DNA of 64,000 nt, taken from the IMG/VR virus record IMGVR_UViG_3300031656_000001; one strand, given 5' to 3'. Made by a program: the position numbers and the translations under genes. Positions within the stretch are counted from its first letter, which is position 1, and each line of letters begins with the position of its first letter. Source of the stretch: a virus. Shown here one piece after another: positions 1-11,752 of this stretch. The notes under the pieces were generated by a model that worked only from the letters and a program-made list of their open reading frames with translations, ran no database searches and was not told the origin of the DNA.

Positions 1-125
1 TGACCGATTGGCCCCATTGGTCCACCGCCATTTGCTAAAATTTGGTCAAAGTTATAATTGATTTTCCCGAACTTTATAGAGTCAGAATCGCTTGGGTGTA
101 ATATCTCTTGAATGTTAATTGCCAT
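1..125 (-). CDS. Virion fibre/baseplate protein, N-terminal fragment (runs off window start)
   Basis: Not in ORF track. ATG at 125 gives MAINIQEILHPSDSDSIKFGKINYNFDQILANGGGPMGPIG; the KINxNF motif resembles T4 gp9/gp10-type N-termini and the start of a GXY repeat follows. Late-type motif at 180-190. Confidence 0.55.
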   Translation of the reverse strand, partial: MAINIQEILHPSDSDSIKFGKINYNFDQILANGGGPMGPIG

Positions 126-126
126 T

Positions 127-3100
127 TTAAGACTTTATTTTTATCATAGGTTTAATGTCGTAAGAATACCCTAATCTTTTATTATATATCAATCTAAAAT
201 TCATAGGCTTTTGCCTGTGTGATTTATATATGAAATTATTGTCTGGTGTATATTCACCATCACTTAATGACTCAATGTCAGTTACATCTACTATGCTAGA
301 TGCAGCTCCTTTAAAACTCCTTGTATATAAAGATATAGAATTCACTACAAATTGTTCAATAATATTTTTATTTATATAAAAGTCAGCATCATCAGAAAGC
401 GTAGTTTTATCACCTGCTGAATTTTCTGCGTTAACGTGTTTCTGAATTCTAGCTAATACACCGTCTTCCTTTAATAACCTAATAGTAGCATCTGTGATAT
501 AAAAATCTGCCGTAATTTGTTTATCGTCTTCAAATAACAAAACCTCTGATTTGTTTATCGAATTCTTCATGATATAATTCAATTCTTCATAATCCTCTAC
601 AATTTCATATGTAAACGATACAATACTATATTCATTTTTAATTTTCATTAATGTTGAAGCAAAGTATGATCTTTCTTCAGTATTGTCTAGCGTTCCCGGA
701 ACACTTTCTGATTTTCCACCAGGAAATGATCTAGTATAATATCCAGAATCCCATGAAGATCTAAACACGTTAATATCTTTTTTAGCAATTGCAATTTCAT
801 CAATTGCTGGATACAATGGAAGTTTATCAGAAGATTCAGATAATTTGGTTACACCACTTGGGTTTATTTCATTTACCTTATGATAGAAATGGTTTTTAAT
901 AACACCCCAATTCTTATCATGTAAGCCACCGTCCTGTATAAATCCTAAATTAAACGTAGTTCCACATCTATTATATCTTTCATAATATGATTTAGCAGTA
1001 GTTAATTCATAACTGTCAGACAATGAATGTTTGTAAAGTTTAGACTCTAATCCCATTTCCCTGTTATCTGCGCTCGCTTGAATTCTATTAGATTTGAAAT
1101 GAGTGTACATATCAGTAAATGTAATTACTGGTTTAAAATCAACAGTATATGATCCATTGTGTCTTATTAAAAATGGATAATATGAAGTATCTTTTGATGA
1201 AACCAAATCATATCCAATAATACCCTTGGATAATTTATGGCTTTTCGGTTTATTGTTATCTTCTTCTATTGAAAGAGTAGCTTGTTTGATTATTTCATTT
1301 CCATCCTCAAAGTTGATCGTAAATCTGTTATTATTTACTGTACCGTCCTCTTCTATTGATGTATATGTAATACGGTCATCATCTTTGTTAATTATGTCTG
1401 CAACCTCATTAATAGAAAGTTTTTCCAGTACGTTTTTGTATATGTCAATTCCACCACCTACATAATAATATTTAATATTACTTTGTAATAAATTAGGTAA
1501 ATAAGAGATATCTAAGAAGTCAGTATCATCAATAACATTCACTGGTCTATTTCTAATAGTAATCACATTATCGCTTTCAATAGATGCTATTGAAATTTTG
1601 TACATTTTATTACCAGACTCATTAGGGTAAATATCCATTAATATGTCTCCGTATAAGCCATTTTCACCTCTGAGTATTTGATTGTTGAAATCAGGAATAG
1701 ATCCATCAAAGTTATTAATACCTTCGATTGTATAAGGTGAACCTCCAGTTAAATCAGCAGTGTTCCACTTCAATGCTCCGTCAATTGCTGTATTTGCATA
1801 TACATAATCGCCAATTGTTTGATCATATATAATTTTATGATTTAATTCATATAATAATTTTCTATTCATATTACCATCTATCCAATAATCACTTAAGTTT
1901 AGATTAATAAAGAATATTACAAATTTGAATTTCTTATTTTGAATAACTTCAAATTCTATGTCGTTTTTATTATTATCTGTGTTTGTTTTTAATAAAATAC
2001 TAAATTTGTATCCGTTAAATTCACTGTTTTTTACAAAATCTACAGCAGTCTTATTAATAAATTCTTTCCTGTTTTTTAATACAACTTTCAAACCTTTAAA
2101 AATAGTACTAGCAAAAGATCCGCTAGCTCCGCCGTCAATTGTGGTGTATTTCTTTTTTAAATTAGTTTTGAAGAATGTATTATTAATATCTTCAGTATTT
2201 AAATAACCGCTGTCATATTCTCCAAACAATGTAGATATACTTGATGTATCTGCTTCACTTAAGTTTTTCTCAAAACCTTCAGTGATCATGAACTTGTCAA
2301 AGTAATCATTATTAGTACTTTTAAATAAGTTAGCAGTTAAATCAAAGTCTTCCATGAAATTAACATAAGAGAAAGTGTCGTTTAAATTGTCGTATTTTAA
2401 ATACTTTGGTTTTTTGTCCATATAAAACCATTCATGTGTCATATCATCCTTACTACGACCGGTTGCTGTTAAATCTGGTGAAAAATTAGTTCTACCAAAA
2501 GCTTCGTTTGTATTTAAATAATAAGGTTGATCTCTAACTGTTAATGAATCTTTTAAAACCCATTTATTAATATTGGGTACTATTCTAGAATTAATAGCAA
2601 ATTCCTTTAATTGATTTTCTTTTAATCTATCAAATTCACTCGTGATAATTTCAGTAGATTCCTCATATACAGATTCCTCTGTTAAAATTCCAGAAAGATT
2701 CGAAAAGTAATTTATAGGCGCCATGTTATAATTATCGTTAAATATATTATTCGCTGATAATTCCGATCCAGGCATATCAAGGTGTTCCTCAATGTTCTGT
2801 ATTGCATGATCATATGGTGCGTACGCTATATTACTTGTGGTTTCTAAACTAAGTTCTTTTAAATCAGAATTAGATGTATCATAAAAATCAAAGTTCATGT
2901 CGTATACGTCATACGCAGAAAATAATCCTATCCTAACAACATCTTGATTAAATACTCTTGCTTCTCCGCTTTCAGAATCTGATTTTGATTCCAATATTAA
3001 TTTAGATTTGGTAGAATCAAAAGATCTAACATCTTCCACTATATCTAATACCTTATTGTATTTTCCCTTATGTCTTGTTTCTAAATAATCTCCGATCGAT

Positions 3101-6100
3101 ATTTCACTAACCGTTGTGTTATCAACATATACTGATTTAGATGTAGAATTACCACCATTTAAATAATGTGCAGACCAATTAGAAAGTACCGTATTATTAC
3201 CGTTAAATTGTTCTCTTAATTTTAAAATATTACCAGTATCGTGATTACCAACTCTTATGAAATCCACAACATTTGATTTATTAACTAAAACAGTATGTTG
3301 TAATAATCTATAACCTGGTATTTTTGTTTTAATATAAATATTTTGGCCAGAATTAACTGCATCTAATTCGCTATCATCCATGTGTATTGCTGAAGCCAAC
3401 GCCAATGTAATATCGCTGACACTACCTTGATTAGAAAATAAATTACCTTGATACGTTCCCTTGTCTAATGCATATGAAGCAACATACGTTCTATTTTGAA
3501 TTTTAATGTTTGATTGTATTTGATCAACTCTTATAATAGAACTTATTGCACTTGAGATATACATATTTAAATCTCCTAAGTTTGTTTGACTTTCAGTTAT
3601 AACAAATGATTTCGTTGCATCGTCTACTGTTAAATCTAGGTACTTGTTTAAATCAGGTAATAATGCCCATGCATTTAGTATACTTGTTTTTGTATCATTT
3701 AAAGAGTTGTTTTCAAATAATATACCCGTGTTAAAAGAGAATTGCTTTAATCCAGTTGAATCTTCTAAGTTAATTGTAATACTTTCACCCGCAATATGTT
3801 TAATAAATGTAAATTTATAAGCTTCTTCTCTAGAACCAACTACCGCTATTTTATCTCCGGTTTCAGGTGTATCTGTAATTGACATTTTAACAAAATCGTA
3901 ACCTCTCTCATCATTCTTTGTTAGGTTAATTGATCTACCAGTGTGCGATATACCAATGCTACTATGTATAACACCAGTACTATCATCTATTTTAACTTCT
4001 AGCTGTTCAGGATCATAAAGACCTATCTTAGAAGGATTAGATATTTTATAATATATTTTATTTACACAAACATAACCAAGTGTAGGTGAAGTTTGCATCT
4101 GTTTATATGATGGTATTGCAGTTACTGGTTTATCAACATCTACAAGAGATTTGACTTTATTAAACTTAATAACATTATTACTAATAGACTCTATTTCACC
4201 ATTACCTGAATCGATTGTGTCGACATATAATCCAAAGTACCTATTGACACTATAATCAACTGAACTGTCATCATCAAACAAAAATTCTAAGTTTAATAAA
4301 TTAGCACATATCATCTTGTTTCGTTTAAATCCGTCTGTGATAAAATCGTTTGCCTCAATAAGAGGTTTATCTGTACGTACAAAATCATTGTGAATATATT
4401 CACCTTTGCTTGTTATTTCACCTGACTTGATATCGATTCCATTATAATTAGTCATCTCACCCTTATCAAAAGAGACAGTGATTGGTGATTTTGGAAATGT
4501 TTCTTGTTGTACATGATTTCTAATATATGTACCTATATTTGATGTACTTGTTAAATCAAACGATTTAACAATCTCTGCATTTTCAAGCATATCTTGAATC
4601 ACATTTGCATTATTCTCATCTACTGCGTCGATATTTATACCTATTGGATTTTTAACTTTAAATATAACAAAATTACTAGGTATATTATCATCTGCCCATA
4701 TTGGCGCAAACATTCTATATTTTTCTGTATAATTCTTAGAATGATTATAAGTAGTACCATATTGATACTCTTCTTCTATTTGTTTATCATATGAGTCCAA
4801 TACATTTAAATCAGATTCTGCTCTTTTCGTTGCGAAAATTAATGCAGCAGGAGTTCCTTTTGATTTAAAGAAATTAGACACGTCAGATGCATAGTTACCA
4901 TTAGGATTAATTACATTCTTTTTATATTTTATACTAGCGAGATCTTTAGAAGCATTTATACTTTCTAAATAAACCGAATCATCAGAACTTGTAACAATTT
5001 TAATGTTACCAGATAATTTAGGATTTGTTCTTAATAATGGTTTGGTTACATTATCTAACTTGTAATTAGATTGCGTATTGAAATTAGGACCTACTTTAAC
5101 AGTATCATATCCACTTACTAATGGAAATGTATATGTTGATGTAATTGTTGCAGTATCACCCACAATACATGGGCTTAAATCTGTATTATTATAAATATTA
5201 ACAACTGATTCACTAGATATTCCTATTTCTATTCCACTTGAAACAACAGGTCGTTGCTGTGATGTTATTCCAGTATTTTTTAATAAAAGAATAGCAGTAT
5301 CCATATCTTCTGCAATGATCTTCACTGCGTATTCCAAACAGCTATCGAAGCTCGTAGTCTTTATTATTTTACCAAACGATATATCAGTAATGAATGTTTC
5401 TATATGACTACCAGCATCACCCCCTTGATTGGTGTGCAATCCGTCTATTACATATATTGGCCAGAATACTGTTTCATTATTATTACTATTGTCAGGTCCC
5501 TCTATTTCTGGGTTACTAGAATAAAATCCGTAAAAAACATTCATGTCATTTATGCCACTTCCCTCAATTAAGTTTACAGGTATACTTGGTTTATTATAAT
5601 TACTACATGTTCCACTATGCGTTATATTGATACCCGATGCTAGTAAATTATTATTATCATATCCATACCATTTTACATTAACATTATCTCCTGAATTTTC
5701 CCATGTAAAGAATCCATTTCCATCAGAAAATATATTTGATTCAAACAAATCATCAGCATCTTCAATTTCAGCACCAATCTCAGATTTGTAAATTAAAACA
5801 TTGGACTTAGCTAGCTCAATTAGCGTTGATATTACACCTGTATTCTTAAGTACTCTGTAGAATAAATTAGTATTTGTTTTTGTAGCTGCACAATATTGAT
5901 TTATATTAGGATCTGATACGGTAGAAGTTTCAATTGAATTCATAGATTCCACATCATACAGTAATGTTTCTTCACATTCCCATGTCAATAATGGTGGATT
6001 CTGATTTGAATCCGATTCTACCCAATCATTTGTAGTTGATCTCTTGTAATGAACATTATTTGTATTATCAGTTTCGCTGTATATTCCACTAGCAATAGTT

Positions 6101-7962
6101 CCTATTAAAAGAGTATCACCCGTTGAATTATTAGCAACATTACTGGCATATAAATTTGAATAATATTCGCTACTAAATACAGGAATATTATTTGTAACCA
6201 GTTCGTTTAATGTAAGTATATTAGTAACACCAGATGGTAGATCGTACCATATTTTCATGTTATTAAATTCACCATCACACTGTGATAATGTTGAATCTGC
6301 ATAATTAACCCATCTATATGTCGGATTTGTAACAATACCACATTCTATGATTTGCGTAATTAAACCAGTTGTACTTATTTTTAAGATTCTGGTACCGCTT
6401 GTATCTGATACTGGAATAAATATGTCTGTACCGCCTGTAGTTAACGGATTTGTTAATATGTTATTTAAATTGCTACTATAAATTAAACTACCTATTGCTA
6501 ATTGACTAACATTATTTTCGCCGTTTAATGTACTAGCATATGCTATGCTGTTTCTGTTTGCGACGCACATTACACTTGAATCATTTCCGAATGAACCAAT
6601 CTGCATTTCAAACGAAGGTGATTGAGCTATGTCAAATTTGATATTGAATTGCGCAGTTACACCATTCATCGCATCTGTTCCTATAAATTTCCAATTATCT
6701 TCCCCGAAATGTCCAGTGTTTGGTGAATATGTAATTGATTGAGTCGATATAATACCGCCATTATATGTTTTGTGTAATAATTGTCCAAACGATATGATAC
6801 CATCGCTGACAGCAGTTGAAGTACTAAATGTTACATTAGTACTGTCTGTTGCAGAAATATCAAATGTTACGGTACCGTCCTGTGAAACACTTTGATTGCT
6901 TGCTGTGATTACAGGTACAGGATTAGTTATTGTTACTGTTCTTGTTTTAGTTACCGCTGAGTTTCCTGCAGCGTCGCTGACATTATACGTAATAATATAT
7001 TCGTCCGGAATGCTTGTGTTTACTGGGTTTACTGTTACAATAGTTCCAGTAATATCTACACCAGTATTGTCTGTTGCGGTTGCACCTGCATCTGCATAGA
7101 CAGCACCTAGTTCTAAAGAAACAGGATCAGTTCCTAATAATAAAATTACAGGCAGAGAAGCTGTTGTTATAATCACACTACGCGTAACTTCTATTGCGTC
7201 AATTCCGTCTGCGTTTACATTATATGTAATTACATATGTACCAACTGCAGTTAAATCAACTGGGTTTACAGTTACTATTGTTGATGTGATATCAATGCCG
7301 TTACCATCAGTTGCAGTTGCACCTGCATCGGCATATGTCATGCCAAGTTCAAAAGAAACCGGATCAGTACCTGACAATAAAATCACTGGCGCTGCAGTAG
7401 TAGTTACTGAAAGTAATGCAGCAATTGATGTATTATTAGCTTGATCTTTTGCGACTATATTAAATGCGTATAGTTGCCCCGGATTTAATCCAGTAATACT
7501 AACAGTCGGTGAACTTGTAGCAATCACATTTACAGTGGTAGTACCATATGTGATGTCATATGAAACAACTGCTACATTATCAGAACTTACGTCCCATGAA
7601 ATGTCCACTGAAGTTGATGTGTGTGTTTCTGTTAAATTATTAGGTGTACTAGGTATTGTGATATCGGTGTATATGCTAATCACCTCGCCTATGTTTGTAG
7701 TTGCGTTTGTGTTTATTCCAATAGCTGAATCAGGTGATCCTGTACTAAAGAAATATTCAAGATGCTGTCCAATTGTCGTTGATGTTGGGCTATATAAATT
7801 GCTGAATGTGTCATCTGTGTATAATACAGTACCTACCACGAAAGTAGCAGTAACGGTATCGTCATAGTATAAAACTAGGTCAGCTGAACCACTTAGTGAT
7901 CCACCTTGTAGCGCAAGTATTGCACTTGTAAATTGTTCTGATTTTATTGTTATATATGCCAT
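127..7962 (-). CDS. Giant virion structural protein with N-terminal FN3 and two DUF5011-like Ig domains
   Basis: 2611 aa. FN3-like segment (PSTPNNL...SWDVSSDNVAVVSY...GLNPGQLYAFNIVAKDQANN) and two PVILLxGTDPVSxELGxxYADAGATATD repeats; lies in the baseplate cluster. Confidence 0.65.
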   Translation of the reverse strand: MAYITIKSEQFTSAILALQGGSLSGSADLVLYYDDTVTATFVVGTVLYTDDTFSNLYSPTSTTIGQHLEYFFSTGSPDSAIGINTNATTNIGEVISIYTDITIPSTPNNLTETHTSTSVDISWDVSSDNVAVVSYDITYGTTTVNVIATSSPTVSITGLNPGQLYAFNIVAKDQANNTSIAALLSVTTTAAPVILLSGTDPVSFELGMTYADAGATATDGNGIDITSTIVTVNPVDLTAVGTYVITYNVNADGIDAIEVTRSVIITTASLPVILLLGTDPVSLELGAVYADAGATATDNTGVDITGTIVTVNPVNTSIPDEYIITYNVSDAAGNSAVTKTRTVTITNPVPVITASNQSVSQDGTVTFDISATDSTNVTFSTSTAVSDGIISFGQLLHKTYNGGIISTQSITYSPNTGHFGEDNWKFIGTDAMNGVTAQFNIKFDIAQSPSFEMQIGSFGNDSSVMCVANRNSIAYASTLNGENNVSQLAIGSLIYSSNLNNILTNPLTTGGTDIFIPVSDTSGTRILKISTTGLITQIIECGIVTNPTYRWVNYADSTLSQCDGEFNNMKIWYDLPSGVTNILTLNELVTNNIPVFSSEYYSNLYASNVANNSTGDTLLIGTIASGIYSETDNTNNVHYKRSTTNDWVESDSNQNPPLLTWECEETLLYDVESMNSIETSTVSDPNINQYCAATKTNTNLFYRVLKNTGVISTLIELAKSNVLIYKSEIGAEIEDADDLFESNIFSDGNGFFTWENSGDNVNVKWYGYDNNNLLASGINITHSGTCSNYNKPSIPVNLIEGSGINDMNVFYGFYSSNPEIEGPDNSNNNETVFWPIYVIDGLHTNQGGDAGSHIETFITDISFGKIIKTTSFDSCLEYAVKIIAEDMDTAILLLKNTGITSQQRPVVSSGIEIGISSESVVNIYNNTDLSPCIVGDTATITSTYTFPLVSGYDTVKVGPNFNTQSNYKLDNVTKPLLRTNPKLSGNIKIVTSSDDSVYLESINASKDLASIKYKKNVINPNGNYASDVSNFFKSKGTPAALIFATKRAESDLNVLDSYDKQIEEEYQYGTTYNHSKNYTEKYRMFAPIWADDNIPSNFVIFKVKNPIGINIDAVDENNANVIQDMLENAEIVKSFDLTSTSNIGTYIRNHVQQETFPKSPITVSFDKGEMTNYNGIDIKSGEITSKGEYIHNDFVRTDKPLIEANDFITDGFKRNKMICANLLNLEFLFDDDSSVDYSVNRYFGLYVDTIDSGNGEIESISNNVIKFNKVKSLVDVDKPVTAIPSYKQMQTSPTLGYVCVNKIYYKISNPSKIGLYDPEQLEVKIDDSTGVIHSSIGISHTGRSINLTKNDERGYDFVKMSITDTPETGDKIAVVGSREEAYKFTFIKHIAGESITINLEDSTGLKQFSFNTGILFENNSLNDTKTSILNAWALLPDLNKYLDLTVDDATKSFVITESQTNLGDLNMYISSAISSIIRVDQIQSNIKIQNRTYVASYALDKGTYQGNLFSNQGSVSDITLALASAIHMDDSELDAVNSGQNIYIKTKIPGYRLLQHTVLVNKSNVVDFIRVGNHDTGNILKLREQFNGNNTVLSNWSAHYLNGGNSTSKSVYVDNTTVSEISIGDYLETRHKGKYNKVLDIVEDVRSFDSTKSKLILESKSDSESGEARVFNQDVVRIGLFSAYDVYDMNFDFYDTSNSDLKELSLETTSNIAYAPYDHAIQNIEEHLDMPGSELSANNIFNDNYNMAPINYFSNLSGILTEESVYEESTEIITSEFDRLKENQLKEFAINSRIVPNINKWVLKDSLTVRDQPYYLNTNEAFGRTNFSPDLTATGRSKDDMTHEWFYMDKKPKYLKYDNLNDTFSYVNFMEDFDLTANLFKSTNNDYFDKFMITEGFEKNLSEADTSSISTLFGEYDSGYLNTEDINNTFFKTNLKKKYTTIDGGASGSFASTIFKGLKVVLKNRKEFINKTAVDFVKNSEFNGYKFSILLKTNTDNNKNDIEFEVIQNKKFKFVIFFINLNLSDYWIDGNMNRKLLYELNHKIIYDQTIGDYVYANTAIDGALKWNTADLTGGSPYTIEGINNFDGSIPDFNNQILRGENGLYGDILMDIYPNESGNKMYKISIASIESDNVITIRNRPVNVIDDTDFLDISYLPNLLQSNIKYYYVGGGIDIYKNVLEKLSINEVADIINKDDDRITYTSIEEDGTVNNNRFTINFEDGNEIIKQATLSIEEDNNKPKSHKLSKGIIGYDLVSSKDTSYYPFLIRHNGSYTVDFKPVITFTDMYTHFKSNRIQASADNREMGLESKLYKHSLSDSYELTTAKSYYERYNRCGTTFNLGFIQDGGLHDKNWGVIKNHFYHKVNEINPSGVTKLSESSDKLPLYPAIDEIAIAKKDINVFRSSWDSGYYTRSFPGGKSESVPGTLDNTEERSYFASTLMKIKNEYSIVSFTYEIVEDYEELNYIMKNSINKSEVLLFEDDKQITADFYITDATIRLLKEDGVLARIQKHVNAENSAGDKTTLSDDADFYINKNIIEQFVVNSISLYTRSFKGAASSIVDVTDIESLSDGEYTPDNNFIYKSHRQKPMNFRLIYNKRLGYSYDIKPMIKIKS

Positions 7963-8016
7963 TAATCTAAATCTTTTTATATGTACAGGCCTTCTGTCTG
8001 TATTATATATCCAGAT

Positions 8017-11000
8017 TTATTGCACGCTCATCCTAGTCAACTTCGCAGCTCTGATAGAGTTTAGGTTTTTACCTAGTGGACTGTATTTTGCAAACACTTC
8101 TAAATCGAATGAAAACTGTTGATCATGTTTATCAAATATATCTAAACCTATTTTTTTGGTATATGTTAAGTTAGGGAATCTTAGTTTAGCTTGACCTCCA
8201 ATTCTACCAATATCACTAGATGCATCATTACCAAAGTAATCAGTCATTCTGTATTGAAATATAATATCAACTGAAACTGCATTAGAATTAGCAAGAGTTC
8301 CAACCTTTGCTTTAATTTGCTTTCTACTTTGTTTAGCATCACCAGCAACTCTTAATGTATTTAAATTAATTGGAGATAAGAATAAGAATGCTCCACATGA
8401 ACGACCACCTAGCATGTATTGATCGTTTGCATCGAATGACATCTTAAATGTTCTATCACCTGCGTTAATTAAACCACTTGTTTTTTGAAATGCTAATTGT
8501 TTGGTTGCTTTAACAGAATCAACTGGTGATGTTGCAAAAGATGCACCAATACTAGAATATCTACCACTGTATATGAATGATGTACCCGTTGCATATGTAG
8601 ATGTAATAGGCATTGTATATAATGCATTATTGACAAGTGTTTTAACATGTTCTTGTTGTTCAGTTACTGTAACACTGCTGTCGTTTACAGATCCGTCTTC
8701 TTTGAAATCTATATACAAGTGCTCTAAATCTGGATGATGTTTGTGCATATATAATCCATTATTGTAGTTCGAAATTCCAACAATTGAAGTACTTGTTACA
8801 TCGACAGTAGATTGAGAAAATACAGAACTTATATTAGCGTTGGCATTATTAGCAAGATTGTTTCTACCAAATGTTCCTGTCCATATAAAATCAGCTGAAT
8901 CTCCGTCACCTGTTGGTGTTATTAATGTAATTGTGTCCACTGTTTGAAAATCAGCATAACTAAGAGCGTACTCGTAATTAGTAAATTCGCTAGTGTTTGC
9001 AGATAATAGTGATTCAGTTACATATAATGGATTTTGATTAGATACATCCATGAATCTAGAGTAAACAAATTGTCCACGTCTCTGTGCAGATTGATATGGT
9101 GCTTCAGCTAACATGTCATATGACGATAAAGATGTACCATCAATGTTTTGATATTGTATTGGAGCTAAATCATATTTACCTTCAGATGTATAATAATTAT
9201 CAGAACTGATTTTAACATCAGTATCTTTAATACCATTATCATTGTCAATTACACCAAATCCGTTATCACCAATTACAGAACCAGCCGCGCTAGATCTATA
9301 TGCTGGTAAATTTCTATCACCAACCAATCTAGAAATTAATTCTAATTTAGTAGCTTTAGTGTTTTCCAATAATAATTTAAATGTCTTAGTAACAATATGA
9401 CCTTTCTTGACAGTTAAACTGGCAACTTCGTCAGTATAATAACCTGCGAATATTTGATTCTTAGTTCCGTTATTTATAACAGTAACTGTACCGTCTTCAT
9501 CCATTACTTTAACAACTAATTCTCCTATTTCAACTTCAACTGCATCTTTAAGTCCAGCGATCTGCGCTTCTAATTGTGCGATCTTATCGTATACTGAAAT
9601 TGGTTTTTGTTCAGCAGATAGAAATCCCGATGCAATGCCCGTAGCTGTATGTGCATAATATTTCTCATTTGCACTAAATGAATCGCTAATATGATTATAT
9701 ACACCTCTTGACGTAAGTTGTTCTGCAATTTTAACAGCTGCAGTTTCAGCAGCGTTAACTAATAATAAAGCATCTACATTAGTAGTATCGATCTCAGTAA
9801 TTGGGAAATCAATTGTAATTGATTTTGACCAATCTGAATATATTGGGTTTGCCGGATAACCAGCTTCTGAAACAGATTTCACTCTAATTTCCACTAGTTC
9901 ACCTTCATTGATTGAAAGATCTAATTGATTGAAGTTAACTGCCTGTGCATCTTCTACTAAACTAGCTTGCCATTCAAATTTTCTTGTTTTTGCATTTCTA
10001 AATCTGTCTCTAGATTTAGTTTTTTGTTCGTTCCAGTTTGAGAATACTGCTGTTTTCTCTCTTGTACCTTCAGTGAATGGCAGTTGAGTAACTTCACTTG
10101 CCTTTCCACTGGTTGACAAATATCTGTATTGTATAATAAATTGAACAACATGTTGCTCAACCGTGTTTGCAAGTTTCTTAGGAGTTGGTACTTGCCAAAA
10201 ACCTCTAACTCTGTATTTAGGTGAAATAGCAGTTGCATTAGTTCCTGCAGCAAGCGATTGAATTTGATTTACAATACTTGTATATAAACTAGTTTCGCTT
10301 GTTCTCTCCGTGATAAGAGAATTTAATTCATTTTTATCTACATCCTTTTGAATAACAGATTCATATTTCTTGGTAGAAATACTCTCTCGTGTATTAGATA
10401 TAGTTTCATCTAACTTTTTAATCTTCTCTTCTACATTAACTTTATCAGCAGATAATTTCTTGATCTTATCAGCACTATCATTAATAGTTAGGTGTGAATT
10501 GATTTGTACTACCGCAAAGTTATTAGAGTTAATTGTTGGAGCATCAGGAGTGATACCCTCTGTTGCTGGTGGTATAGAATCTTCCTTAAGTGCTTTGATA
10601 TATTTACCAAAATCTGCAACTTCAGAATTATAATAATCATCTAATCTTTTTATAGCACCGTCAGCCTGTATAAGTGTTAATTCATTTGTATATAAGCCGA
10701 TACCAGGTGACCAGTTTTCTGCTAATATTTTAGAATCAGGATCTATTGCTTTAACAAAAACTAAAACTCTCTCGTTAAATCCTACATTAATGTTTACCTT
10801 TAAATCTGCATCATCAATTTTATATATGCCAAGTTGATTAATTCCAATATTAGGTGTGATAGGTTCGTATCCTTCAACTCTTAATAGCTCTACTTGTTTT
10901 AATGAACCATTAATTGTTGTAATTTTATACCTAGTGTTATTAGAACCTCCGTTTAATATAAGCTCATCTCCAACTTGTAGTACTTCAGTCTGTTTAACGC

Positions 11001-11751
11001 CTTTAGAAGAATCGCTATATGTCAATTGATCCAATTCGTATAAATCTATAGACTGCTTAACTGTAACTTCACCCTTTACGATGTCTCTTGTCCCTGTACT
11101 GATGTTCACTACATCAAACTTACCAGTATACTGTACGTTTCTGTATGGCATGTCACGTGTGTCTTCATCCAGTGTATATGCTAATTTGTTATTAGATATT
11201 TCTTGAATTACAGTAGAATATTTTAAGTTTCCTTTATTCTTATAGTTACTATTAAAATAATCAACTGTCGTTGCATTTGAAGAATTAAACAAAATCCTTT
11301 TAACTAAAACTCTCTCAGTATTATTTGGAATTTGTCCGCTAACATCGACGCTCATTGTAAGCAATGGGTTTAAAAAATCTTCGAAGAAATAATTAGCTTT
11401 AGTTGCAAAATTAATTGGTCTACTAAAACTAGTGATATCTTTTGCCGGAGATTTTAATCTAGATGTAATGATATTTCGATATGTACCGTCGGCTAATCTA
11501 ATATTAGTGTCGCCAGTACCTAACCCTGATAATGCTTTTAAATTTGTATCTAATCGTCCTAATTCGTTTTTCATGTAATGAAATGACGGCACAGAGACGG
11601 TTTCAGTTCCATCAGGTGTTAATATCTCAAGAGAAATATCTTGATTATTGGTAGTCATCGCCTCATTAATTCTCTCAAATATTGTTAAAGAATTTGCGTT
11701 GATTTCAAGTAGTTTCTTGAGCGAGTTAGAAATAGAGTTGTTAGTATTCAT
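8017..11751 (-). CDS. Large virion structural protein (baseplate/tail region)
   Basis: 1244 aa ORF abutting structural genes; central coiled-coil stretch; no enzyme motif recognised. Confidence 0.5.
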   Translation of the reverse strand: MNTNNSISNSLKKLLEINANSLTIFERINEAMTTNNQDISLEILTPDGTETVSVPSFHYMKNELGRLDTNLKALSGLGTGDTNIRLADGTYRNIITSRLKSPAKDITSFSRPINFATKANYFFEDFLNPLLTMSVDVSGQIPNNTERVLVKRILFNSSNATTVDYFNSNYKNKGNLKYSTVIQEISNNKLAYTLDEDTRDMPYRNVQYTGKFDVVNISTGTRDIVKGEVTVKQSIDLYELDQLTYSDSSKGVKQTEVLQVGDELILNGGSNNTRYKITTINGSLKQVELLRVEGYEPITPNIGINQLGIYKIDDADLKVNINVGFNERVLVFVKAIDPDSKILAENWSPGIGLYTNELTLIQADGAIKRLDDYYNSEVADFGKYIKALKEDSIPPATEGITPDAPTINSNNFAVVQINSHLTINDSADKIKKLSADKVNVEEKIKKLDETISNTRESISTKKYESVIQKDVDKNELNSLITERTSETSLYTSIVNQIQSLAAGTNATAISPKYRVRGFWQVPTPKKLANTVEQHVVQFIIQYRYLSTSGKASEVTQLPFTEGTREKTAVFSNWNEQKTKSRDRFRNAKTRKFEWQASLVEDAQAVNFNQLDLSINEGELVEIRVKSVSEAGYPANPIYSDWSKSITIDFPITEIDTTNVDALLLVNAAETAAVKIAEQLTSRGVYNHISDSFSANEKYYAHTATGIASGFLSAEQKPISVYDKIAQLEAQIAGLKDAVEVEIGELVVKVMDEDGTVTVINNGTKNQIFAGYYTDEVASLTVKKGHIVTKTFKLLLENTKATKLELISRLVGDRNLPAYRSSAAGSVIGDNGFGVIDNDNGIKDTDVKISSDNYYTSEGKYDLAPIQYQNIDGTSLSSYDMLAEAPYQSAQRRGQFVYSRFMDVSNQNPLYVTESLLSANTSEFTNYEYALSYADFQTVDTITLITPTGDGDSADFIWTGTFGRNNLANNANANISSVFSQSTVDVTSTSIVGISNYNNGLYMHKHHPDLEHLYIDFKEDGSVNDSSVTVTEQQEHVKTLVNNALYTMPITSTYATGTSFIYSGRYSSIGASFATSPVDSVKATKQLAFQKTSGLINAGDRTFKMSFDANDQYMLGGRSCGAFLFLSPINLNTLRVAGDAKQSRKQIKAKVGTLANSNAVSVDIIFQYRMTDYFGNDASSDIGRIGGQAKLRFPNLTYTKKIGLDIFDKHDQQFSFDLEVFAKYSPLGKNLNSIRAAKLTRMSVQ

Positions 11752-11752
11752 A

